Origin: Lobosporangium transversale
Taxonomy: Eukaryota
Assembly: GCF_002105155.1 (NCBI RefSeq)
Contig: NW_019028993.1
Span: forward strand, 806,001 to 828,589
DNA length: 22,589 nucleotides
Reading direction: 5' to 3'
The notes under the pieces were generated by a model that was not told where the DNA came from, made no database searches, and was given only the letters and a program-made list of their open reading frames with translations. This document shows, piece after piece, positions 11,709 to 21,346 of the stretch. Numbering within the stretch: position 1 is the stretch's first letter; the number at the start of each line of letters is the position of its first letter. The position numbers and the translations under genes were made by a program.

Positions 11709-13904
11709 CTAATTCAAAAGCAGATGCACAGCTACTGAAGGCACACCGTTGTTCAGGACATGGATGTAGTGTGGACCTGGAGGCATCAAGTTGGCATTAG
11801 GAGGCATGGCTACGGAGTAAGTGATCTTGGTACCATCCTCACTCGACTTTGTTGCCACCAACTTGATCATTCTCTGTGACATGTGAGTGCTATGGGTCAC
11901 AAAGCCACGTCGGCCCAATATAAAGGTGATCTCGGGCTCGTACTTGTCCGTGGCCTTGATGTCGATGGTAATATCGAGCTTTTGATCATAGGTCACCATC
12001 TCTGGGATCTGGCTCACAATCTCGGGTCTGTCCAGATCAGTGGTCAGATAAGGAGGAGTGAAGGATTCAACACGATATTCAGTAGGGAAGGGGACGTTCT
12101 CATATCGGACCTCCGAGTTCTGGTTGGATCCGGCCACAAAGACAGTACCGTCGGGCAAAAGTGTAGCAACGGAGTGATACATACGTGCAATATTGCTAGG
12201 CACCCATTCTGTGAAACGCTGACCGAGAGGAGCCTCAGGATCGTAGACAACGGGAGTGTAGATTGGGTTTGAGGCACGAAGGAAACCAGCGTAGCCCTGT
12301 TGAGCACCGTTGAGGAGCATGATCTTTCCATCTGCCAGGATGACTGCATCGGACATGAGACGGGGGGTGGGCATCTGATCCATCTCCCATTGAGGGTCAT
12401 CCGCATGGAGATTGATACGACCACAAGATTGCAGAGCGTTAGCACGTGTGGACATGGCCTCGGATCCACCGCAGACCAGGATCTCGTGTTGATAGTTCTT
12501 TGCGGGATCCAGGGGCAAGAGGACATGGGATCCTGTGAGGGGATAGGAACGGGGACCACCAGGAATATCGGGCAACCGTTTGACCTCTTGTTGGGTTTGG
12601 ACATTGTAGATGACTGATTTCTGATTGGCAAAGATGTAAAGATTACCATCGGGCAAGGTGTAGACATTAGGGTACAAGTTGTTGGGCATGGCATCGATCA
12701 TGAACTGCATCAGAACAGGTTTGTAATCCAATGGTTTGGGGTAGAGTTCCCAGGTCGGGTTATTGGTCGCCTGTCGGTTGATCGCCAGGGATTCGTTGCT
12801 TCCTCCGAGGACAAAGAGATCTCCAGAGGGCAAAGTGGTGATGGAGACATACCAACGGTTACCGGTCATTTGCCATGCAGGATCTGCAGGGTTCTCAATA
12901 AAGGTGCAAGAACCATCATCGCACGGTTGCCACATTCGAAGAGATTGGAAGCCTGCCGAAGTCTCGAACGTACGGGAATTCTAACAGCCAAAAAAAAAAA
13001 AAAGTCAAGTCTAAATTAATTGGATACAAGAAATAGTATAATAAATAAATAAATAAAAATAAACAACTTACGCGAGATTCAGCACCACCAGCACTGATCA
13101 AGGTACCATTGGGTAAAAAGCCTCCACCGGAGCAGAAGGTATTTGTGGCTACGTCGACAACTCTGTAGTCATTCTTGATGAGATCATATTCGACTACATG
13201 AGCGGCTTTACCGCTGGGGAGTTTTGCAGGGTTGTTCTCGGCCTTGTCAATGATGAGCATCTTTGTGGGTGTGACAAGGGCGATGTGTTGAGCCGCTACT
13301 CCAGAACTGTTACTCACGATCTTGAAAGAGCCCTTGGGTAGGGTAGGGACGGGTTTTGGTTTTGGTTGAGTGCCATTGTCGTTGGAGTTATTATCGTTGT
13401 TGTTGTTGTTGGCTGAAGGAGCTCCATAGTTGTAACGAACACATGCACCGTTGAAACTGGCTTCTGCATCACAGCCAGCTCCGCAGGCTAAGGCAGAGTT
13501 TCCACAGTGACCATGCTATTTTTGTATTTGAATTAAAAAAGTTTTTTTTTTTTTTTTTTTTTTTTTTTGACTGGTGAGTTGGATATTGCTACTGACTATT
13601 TCAGGAACCATTAAAAAAAAAAAAAAAAAAAAAAAAACTTTTGAAGAGGACAATAGAATAGGATTGGAGAAGAGAGACAGAGAAAGAGAAGGAAAAGAAA
13701 AGAAAAGAAAGGATGAAGGGAAGGATTCAAAAAAGAAAAGTTGATTGGAGTAAAGGAATGAGTAGTGCTTACAAGACTGCAACAGGGAGTTTCCATTGGA
13801 CAGGCAAGACCGTTGTTGTATCTGCAACCAGCAGCATCAGCGGTCCAGGTCAGGGACAGGACCGAGGCCGCGACCAAGAGAGAGATGGTGCGGAATAAGA
13901 CCAT
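11709..13904 (-). CDS. Secreted copper radical oxidase (glyoxal oxidase-like, CAZy AA5) with N-terminal hevein/CBM18 chitin-binding domain; 3 exons, ~615 aa
   Basis: Exons 13904-13773, 13515-13072 and 12980-11709. Signal peptide MVLFRTISLLVAASVLSLTWTADA; CBM18-like CPMETPCCSLHGHCGNSALACGAGC; Asn/Pro linker; AA5 motifs TNTFCSGG, RWY, GGPRSYP, RMYHS, FVTHS, PPGPHYIHVLNNGVPS. Confidence 0.92.
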
Positions 13905-14778
13905 GATGAACACTCTGTGAGAAATAGAGGATTAAATAATAGAGTGAATGCGATTAGGCGGTTGGAGAAGTGGCTGTGTGGGTTGCGTCGATGTAGTTTG
14001 TCGTGAGGAAAGGAATGGAATGGAATGAATATATGCCGTGAGAGAAGAAATAAAGTAGATTGATTAGATGAATGGGATGGAATGCAAATAAATGAAAATG
14101 AATGATGATTGAATCAGTCTATGGTGTCGAGTGGATGGAAACACAGAGGAGTGAAGGAAAGAAAAGAAAAGAAAAGAAAAGAAAAGGAAAGGAAAGGAAA
14201 GGAAAAGGAAAAGGAAAAGGAAAAGGTAATGGGAAAAAAGGATGTTAAGCAAAGTGAAGATTAGATATTTATATATCTTATGCTATACATGTTTAGTTAT
14301 AAAAATATTCATCAATGTGGACCAACAAGAGACCAGCAAATGGACTAAAATGATGGAGGGATGACTATGGCGTTCTTCTTCTTTAGCTTTGAGGCGCTGC
14401 TGGTCCCACATGTTTAAACTCGGCTGAGCAACATTAAAAAGCAGACGGGACTATTTTTAACTCCTCCATTCAAACATGTCTTTATATACTTTTACTTGTT
14501 GTTATTCTTACATGTATGTATATATATATATACATGGACATGTTGTAGGGAAAAAGATCTTCGAATTTGTTCCTTTTCTTTTCCTCTGTTCTTCTAGACA
14601 TGTCCAAAAAAGAAACGCCCAAAAGACTCTCTTTCTTACTCATCATCAAAGGGTCGGTTCTTTGTGTCAAAGGATTATTTTTACTTGTAAAACAAGGAAG
14701 ATCCTTTGCCCGATCCTAGATATAGAAATGAACTGATATGCTGATTATACCGATTGACTGATTGTACTGATATGATGT

Positions 14779-14806
14779 GGCACGGGCACGGGCACGGGCA
14801 CGGGCA
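14779..14806. repeat. (GGCACG)n hexanucleotide microsatellite, ~4.7 copies
   Basis: ggcacgggcacgggcacgggcacgggca, located near the left edge of the CRN island. Confidence 0.85.
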
Positions 14807-15022
14807 TTATCCTCGATCCCCGTCATCATGACTATTTTTTTTTTTTTTTTTTTGAACCAGATTTCGTGTAGCATCAGCATCATTACTCTATACACGCCCA
14901 TTGCCTGTTCTTCAAAGGTTTCTCATGCCCCCTATTTTGTCTCCTGAACATGTTATTCTATCTTGTTCCTTGTTTATATTCTATATTCCAACTTGCAACC
15001 AGCCCATCAACATCAGCTGGAC

Positions 15023-15088
15023 ACATGTCGTTGGCGACTGTTCAGACTCCATATGATACTGTATAAACACCTGAACACTGCCACATGT
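15023..15088. repeat. Divergent palindromic element (candidate site E4)
   Basis: acatgt-cgt-tggcgactgttcag ... ctgaacactgccacatgt forms an imperfect inverted repeat. Its left part ggcgactgttcagactc matches ggcgacttttcaaattc of E1/E3 at 14 of 17 positions. Confidence 0.45.
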
Positions 15089-15601
15089 CATTGACTACTC
15101 TACGTTCCCTTAAACAATATTCTTAGGATACATCTGAACTTTTGCAAGGGATGTATTGATGCTTCGACAAACATGTAGCAATTAATGGCTATATCACAGC
15201 CCTTGGATTGTGGAAGCGCTGAAATTATGCGGAAAACGGGAACCATTTGTGTTTTTACTAGCAACAAGCGTGCTTTCAAAAAGTTTGCTCCAAAGAACAG
15301 ATCCTATATCCTTCATTGCTCAAAAGTAACAATCTTGTCTTTTCTGCACCCTAAAAGCGCCCCATAGTCCCATTGAGGCGTTCAGAGGCATTATTTGCCT
15401 CATGGCTTGAGGATTAGCAGACTTTCAGTCAAGTTTTATTGGTTTGAACATCCTGTCCATTCGAAGTTGTCTCTCTGGATGGCAGCACCTATTCAGGGCT
15501 AATCAATTCCGCTAGATACGATTAAATCAAGGGGGATTTGGAAAACCAACAGGCATCGAACAATCGCCTTAGCAAGTGAGTGAGGACCTTCTCTGTGGCG
15601 C

Positions 15602-15668
15602 GCACGGACCATGGGGGCGACTTTTCAAATTCTTTTATAGAGATGAAATCCAAAGTCGCCCCAGTTAA
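15602..15668. repeat. Palindromic cassette-boundary element E3 (GGGGCGACTTT-N27-AAAGTCGCCCC)
   Basis: Arms at 15614-15624 and 15652-15662. 15614-15668 is identical to 21170-21224, and the flank gcacggaccatgg is also similar. It lies ~95 nt past the stop codon of the module ending at 15762. Confidence 0.92.
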
Positions 15669-15761
15669 TATTTTAGCGTGTTATTAAATTTCTATGACAA
15701 GCCTTTTTATAGGATTAAGAACTATATATATTATGTATTACTGTATACTGTGACGAAAATT

Positions 15762-17165
15762 CTAAGTTGGGATATTTTTAAAAAGTTTCTCTTTGAGCTC
15801 GTCGAAGCTGACATGAAGAAGATCTTTGTAATCCTTGATTAATCCAGTGTGGTTTGCTGCACCAGGGGAACCACGCATGTAAACTATTTTAAATCCAGTT
15901 ACTGGCTCTCCATCCTTTTTGACAACAAAATGCCCATCGTCAATTATGGCGGAATGATTACCTCCAAATACTTCGTCCAAATAGCTTTCAATCTGATTTC
16001 TGCCGTCGGGACCTCTCTTATCAAAAGCGTTCTGGATTTGCTTAATTTGTTTCTTCTCGTGTTCTTGGAAATTACTTATGGACACCTGGATAAACATTGT
16101 GTCGAGTATGAAATCAAAGCGAGGATAAGTCGAATGACAATGGCTCAGTACATGTCCATAGCCACGTCCAAGAGAAGTCATGCCTTGATGGATTGTCCCA
16201 TGATCCTTAAAGTCCACTATAATCTCCGTTGGATTCACGCCGATAAGGTTTGTTGCTTTGAGAACGATTGGCTTGGTTAAAGTCAAAAGCCGGACTAGCA
16301 GTGCCAACTCGAAATCATCTCCACTCATCTCTCCAAGAATAACTCCCCTCAGGATATGCTCATGATGAGGCATATTTGTAAACGCCTGAAAGAGTGCTTT
16401 CTGCGCTGGGAGGCACAAGACATAGTTTATGGCTCCGCGGTTCTTGTTGAGACGATAAATAAGCCCTAGGTCACGGAAATCCCATTCAAAATCACTACTC
16501 TGCGAGTTGTTGCCAAGGAAGACTGTTGCAAGGCTTTTAGCGAACTTCTTCTTCGATTCATCGCTGCAAGATCTGTAGTACGTCCAAACTACAGTGTGAA
16601 ACTCGCCTGTTCTCTCAGTTACATACGAATCAATGCTATTTCTTGTGAGTGGTCTTTCCTCAATTGACCGGATGAGGAACATAAACTCTCGTGGCACACG
16701 GTTTGTAATCCTCATTATATCCTGGACAATATCGGGTTGGTTCAGGTGGACCTCCAACCATTTTGAAAACACTGTCTCGGATAGTGGGCCAACAAAGTAC
16801 AATAAGGTATTTCGAAGACTGCCTGGCATAATCTCCAATTCATATTTGGCATGGGCTGTTCCTGTAAATATCGCTCTAGATCCTTTGGATTCAGCTTCCC
16901 ATCGAGTGAGATCCTTTAGATGGTTCAAGAACAGGTATTTATCTGGCACGTACGGCTCTTTTTGGAATAACTTTCCATGTTCGTCGATAATGAATAGTGT
17001 TTTGCGCTCCTTCTGTTTGAATAGGTCGAATAATGCGCGACCAGCCGCAATTGAGCAATCTATAACTTCAGAAGCGTCGAGGAGACTTTCCAGATCAGAT
17101 GCCGTCAAGATATCCCTGTTGAGAGCGAAGAAGATCCTTAACAGTGCCTTTGCCGATTTTATTTC
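15762..17165 (-). pseudogene. CRN C-terminal module C: 5'-truncated P-loop NTPase plus REase-like domain (uninterrupted ~467-aa frame, no Walker A, no own start or header)
   Basis: EIKSAKALLRIFFALNRDILTASDLE...LFIIDEHGKLF (Walker B)...FTGTAHAKYE...TNRVPRE...GDDFE...YPRFDFILDTMFIQVSISNF...HVSFDELKEKLF. Clearly paralogous to module A. Confidence 0.8.
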
Positions 17166-18403
17166 CTAGAGCTTGACGAGTAATTGGTTGGAATATCGGT
17201 TCAATTTTACTATAACAGTTCTTCAAAGTCTCCAAGAATTGTTCTTTGCGATCCTCCTCATAATCCTTTAGTCGTTGCTTAATCCCATTAGCCGCGAGCT
17301 CAATGCCTTCAATGTCGTCGCCAAAAAAAAATATTGAATTCCCGTGGCACACATCCGGTGGCTTTTTGAATCTCGCCTCGTAGCTCATTCAATTGTTGGC
17401 GGGCTGTTGGGTGGACCTTATTTATGATCACATCCAGTAGCTTATTGAAAATATCAGGCGACAGTGGACCAACATACTCGACATAGTGTGGTGCGTCTCT
17501 GAGAATGAGCTTTGCAAATCTTACCGTACTGCTAAACACTACTCTCGCATTATTTGAATTGTTCCAAGAGTTGAAAGTCTTTAGAGGCCATAAAACTGGG
17601 AACCTGTCGGGCGCAGACTTACTATTTTTCTGGAAATAATGCACCATGCTCATCCACGACAAATAATGCCTTCTGACTTCTTGACTGGAGTAGGTCACCC
17701 AAGATACTGCTGGCGCTACTCACAAAAAGATTTTCCGATGTTTCAATTTCGACCATTTCCTCGAGCTCTGAGGCTGTCAAAGTATCTTTGTTGTTGGATA
17801 AGAAGAGTTGACAGATCAGTCGTGATGCGTCAGTATTAGTGTCACAATTGTTAAGTTGATTAGCATCCGCAATATAAAGCACTGGCCAACCATGTGCATA
17901 TGCCTTGGCCGCAAGGAACCATGAAATGTATGATTTGCCGACGCCCATTGGACCGTAAACATTTCTTGACAGACGACTCACTGTTCTCGAGTTCATTCCA
18001 TAGCTTCATCATCTATTCAGACATAAAAAAACTCGCGACCTTGATAGCCTCTCGCAAAGAATATTGGGTTCTGACCAAGATCCATTGAAGTAATTCGATT
18101 CCCAGCCTGCACCATCAAAAGCGATTGGAACTCGGCGCGAGGTTCTGGTGCACACTTGTTATTTTCGCTCAAATTCAGTATATGTTGGGGTAAAACTACG
18201 AGTTCGCCATCGACTGCAATATATCGCTTCAAGGAACGACAGCGCTTCGTAAGGTGCTCTTTGAGCATATAAGAATAGCGAGACTGACGTGAGTATGGAA
18301 TAAATAAATTTTCTCAAGAATCATCAAAACTATGAATGGAATAAACTCACTTTCTAAATCTTCGTCTTCTGTGTCTTCTAGGCTCCTTTGGGACTTCTTG
18401 GGG
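17166..18403 (-). pseudogene. CRN C-terminal module B: decayed and 3'-truncated NTPase module with its own acceptor and micro-exon
   Basis: Micro-exon 18403-18351 (tag|...|gtgagt), main exon from ~18258. Homology to module A runs across ORFs 18017-18268, 17622-17996, 17309-17698 and 17095-17388 (GPMGVGKS, FVVDEHG, VGPLS, TGCVPRE), with several frameshifts and a TAG at 18015-18013 where Gln is expected. Confidence 0.8.
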
Positions 18404-18550
18404 CTATTTAAAATCCACGCAATAAACTAACAAGAGGATAGTTAGATAGGAGGCTTTGATAAAAGTACTTGTATGCGATAGAGCAGTGGGGAGCCGAAAT
18501 AAGCTCAAGCAAAAAGCCTCGCGAGAGGACAGTGGAGAGTCAGAGTATAC

Positions 18551-18593
18551 GCACGCACCATGGAGGCGACTTTACAAATTCTTTTTACAGATC
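18551..18593. repeat. Half-site E2a of the boundary element
   Basis: gcacgcaccatggaggcgactttacaaattctttttacagat aligns with the left half of E1/E3 (gcacggaccatgggggcgacttttcaaattcttttatagagat). It precedes module B in transcript orientation. Confidence 0.85.
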
Positions 18594-18705
18594 AAACTGT
18601 GCATTTAACAATTAAGCACCATTTACCACTATGCCTACTACCGCCCTCTGAATAATTCTCTACAAATAGCAAGACTGGATATTTTTGGCTATTCTAGAAT
18701 GATTT

Positions 18706-18750
18706 GGGCGATCTAAAAGTCCCATAAATATAAACAGATCTAAAGTCGTC
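18706..18750. repeat. Degenerate site E2b carrying the right arm of the boundary element
   Basis: gggcgatct...agatctaaagtcgtc versus gggcgactt...aaatccaaagtcgcc in E1, with similar overall length. It lies ~140 nt past the module A stop. Confidence 0.55.
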
Positions 18751-18891
18751 AAGCCGCATCTGCGTATTTATCTCAATCTGGTCTCTCATCTCATCTACAA
18801 CCCGACGCGGCACCCTTTGATAGGATGACGCTTAAAGTTAGAAGATGAATGGAGTAGAAGCTTCCTTTATTGATAACACTATCCAACACTA

Positions 18892-20920
18892 TCAAACAAT
18901 GTTTGCAAAGAATAGGCTTTTGAGGTCGTTGAAGCTTACATGTTCTACATCTGGCAACTCTGTAACGAGCTGGCGGTGATTCCCTAGGTTAATATCTCTA
19001 CCACAAATGTAGACGATTCGGAATCCAGGAAACAACTTCATCAATACCTGTTGTCGGGTCTTTTTTTGGTGACAATAAATCCATCCTTTCCAAAATCAGC
19101 TCTATGCTTTCCACCATACATTTCATCCAAGTAACACTCAATCTGATTCCTATCATTATACACCACTTTGGGTGTCTTGTACGGTCGCTTAAATGCTTTC
19201 CTTAAATCACTTGAATCTCTGTTATGCACTCCAAACTCGCTGACAGACACCTGGATGAATATTGGTCCAACCATAAAGTCAAATCGAGGATATCCTGGAT
19301 AGCCACGGGCCAAGAATTTATCTTTTCCCGGGCCAAGAGAATGTCGTTGCCTGCTTATAACTCGGTAGTCATCGAAGTCCAACACGATCGAGCCCTTAGG
19401 ATCACCAACGAGGTTCGTTGTAGGGAGCACTATTGGCCTAATACTAGTGCAAATAAATGCATGAAAAATTGCTTGCTCAAATTCATTTCCACTGAACCTA
19501 TTAGCCTTGAGCCGATTCTTTAGATCTTCTGGCATTCCCATTGTCTTGAACTGATCCAAAAGTGCTCTGAAGGCTGTATTGCATAAAGGGCGGAATAAAA
19601 TTACTCCATCTCTCCTTAGACGGAACAAAAGACCCAGATCTATGAAATCCCACTTGAACTCTCCTTCGACAGAACCATGTAAGAACGCCGAGGCAAGGCC
19701 ATTATAAAAATTTGTACGGGTCGTCTCGGATTTTTCGATGCTTTTGTAGTAGTTCTGGATGTTGTGAGAAAAATCCAACCTTCGGCAGTCTTCAAACTTC
19801 TCGAATGCCTCCTTAATGGGTAACTCTGGATTCTCTTCAATATAGGTTGACAAGTTCATCAGCTCTCGTGGTACAAGGTTCGTGATACTCCGTATATCCT
19901 CGTAGTCCGTGGATTGGAGATTGGGAGTATGCTTCAACAGATTCTTGAAAGCGTCATCCAACAAAGGTCCCACGAATACCACTGTTTTAAAGTCCTCCTT
20001 AAAGCTCGATTCCATGATCTCCAATTCGAATTTTGCATGCGCTGTGCCAGTGAGAATCAAACGAGATCCAGCCAAGTCTTCAGTCCAACTGGAAAGGTCC
20101 ATCAGAGGTTTTAAAGATTTAAATTTTTCTGGTACTGGTTTGTCGAATCTGAAGAGTTTCCCATGTTCGTCAATAATAGTTAGAGTCTTCCGTTCCTTCT
20201 GCATGAGCATGTTAAAAACGCGTATGATAGCAGTATTCCATATGCCACCTTGAACACCATAGCCGGATACAAGCGTCTCCAGTTCGGCAGCAGTTAAAAC
20301 ATCCTTGTTCATCACAAGGAAACGCTCGATCACTTCCATATATGAGTCCGCTTTCTCACTAGTATCCAAAGTACCCGCATCTGATATGTAGAGGGTAAGC
20401 CATCCTTCAGCATATGCTCTTGCTGTCAAAAAATAGGAGAGAAAGCTCTTGCCAATACCCATTGGACCAGACAAGACTCGTCTGTATACGCACCTTTGTT
20501 CTTCTTCCATCTCGTTCCAAAGCTCCAGCATTTGGTGCGTGACGAGAATTTCAGAGACTCTATAACCCTTTGGGACTTGACCCAGGGATGGTATATCGAC
20601 CCAACTACCAGCCTTCAGATCGTCTTTGAGATGTTCAAACTCATTACGTGGTTTTGGAAGGTATCTAGAATCCTCTAGCATTGCGATCCAAGAGGGTGGT
20701 AACGTGACCATTTTGCCATCAGAAGCCCTGTATTCTCTCCACCCTTCCTCAATGCGATCTTCTTTGAAGGTGAAATATACTGTGGATCTAATTATGATAT
20801 CGTACACATACACAGTTGGTTAGTACCATAACATAAGCAGTCATCAAGTCAATCTATTAAACAGCAAAAAACAAATTATTACCTTCGTCCATTTTTCTCT
20901 TGAGAATCTGTTCCGATGCT
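18892..20920 (-). CDS. CRN C-terminal module A: P-loop NTPase plus REase-like domain, adjacent to the header exon; nearly intact, with frameshifts at both ends
   Basis: Micro-exon 20920-20883, main exon from 20787. Walker A SGPMGIGKS, Walker B IIDEHGKLF, TGTAHAKFE, TNLVPREL, GNEFE, YPRFDFMVGPIFIQVSVSEF. After a frameshift near 19030-19067 the homologous tail PGFRIVYICG...HVSFNDLKSLFFANIV* ends at 18892. Confidence 0.8.
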
Positions 20921-21155
20921 CTAGAAAGATAAGAGAGCGCGCAATGGCAGAAATGTTAGCATTTTGATCAGATCAAAGAATATATTGCTGTCAATGAGAT
21001 ATGAACGCCAGCTAATGGAGAGTCAGAGCATGTGTGCGAAACGCGAAACAGATTCAATCAGAAAAACTAACAAATGCATCAATGTAAAAGGTCAAATAAA
21101 AATAAAAATAAAAATGAAAACTGTGTTCTCAGACAACAGTGAGAGTCTGAGATGT

Positions 21156-21224
21156 GCACGGAGCATGGAGGGGCGACTTTTCAAATTCTTTTATAGAGAT
21201 GAAATCCAAAGTCGCCCCAGTTAA
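21156..21224. repeat. Palindromic cassette-boundary element E1, inside the first intron of the CRN gene
   Basis: Arms at 21170-21180 and 21208-21218. It sits between the header donor (21346) and the module A acceptor (20921). Confidence 0.92.
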
Positions 21225-21346
21225 ATAGTGTTGCCGAGATTCATCTCAACAACATAAAAAAGGGATAGATACACGTGACCGTGATGAGATAGCTTCATCA
21301 ATTGAACAATTGAAATATCATCAGTCCATCAAGAGCTAATACATAC

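Noticed and set aside
11883..12984. Antisense and alternative-frame ORFs over the AA5 gene, and similar ones over the CRN modules (e.g. 16633-17169, 19909-20253)
   Set aside because: Shadow ORFs of real coding sequence with no recognisable motifs.
15762..20813. Transposase or recombinase encoded within the array
   Set aside because: All long frames are NTPase plus REase-like CRN modules. I saw no DDE, tyrosine recombinase or reverse transcriptase motifs, so any recombinase would have to act in trans.
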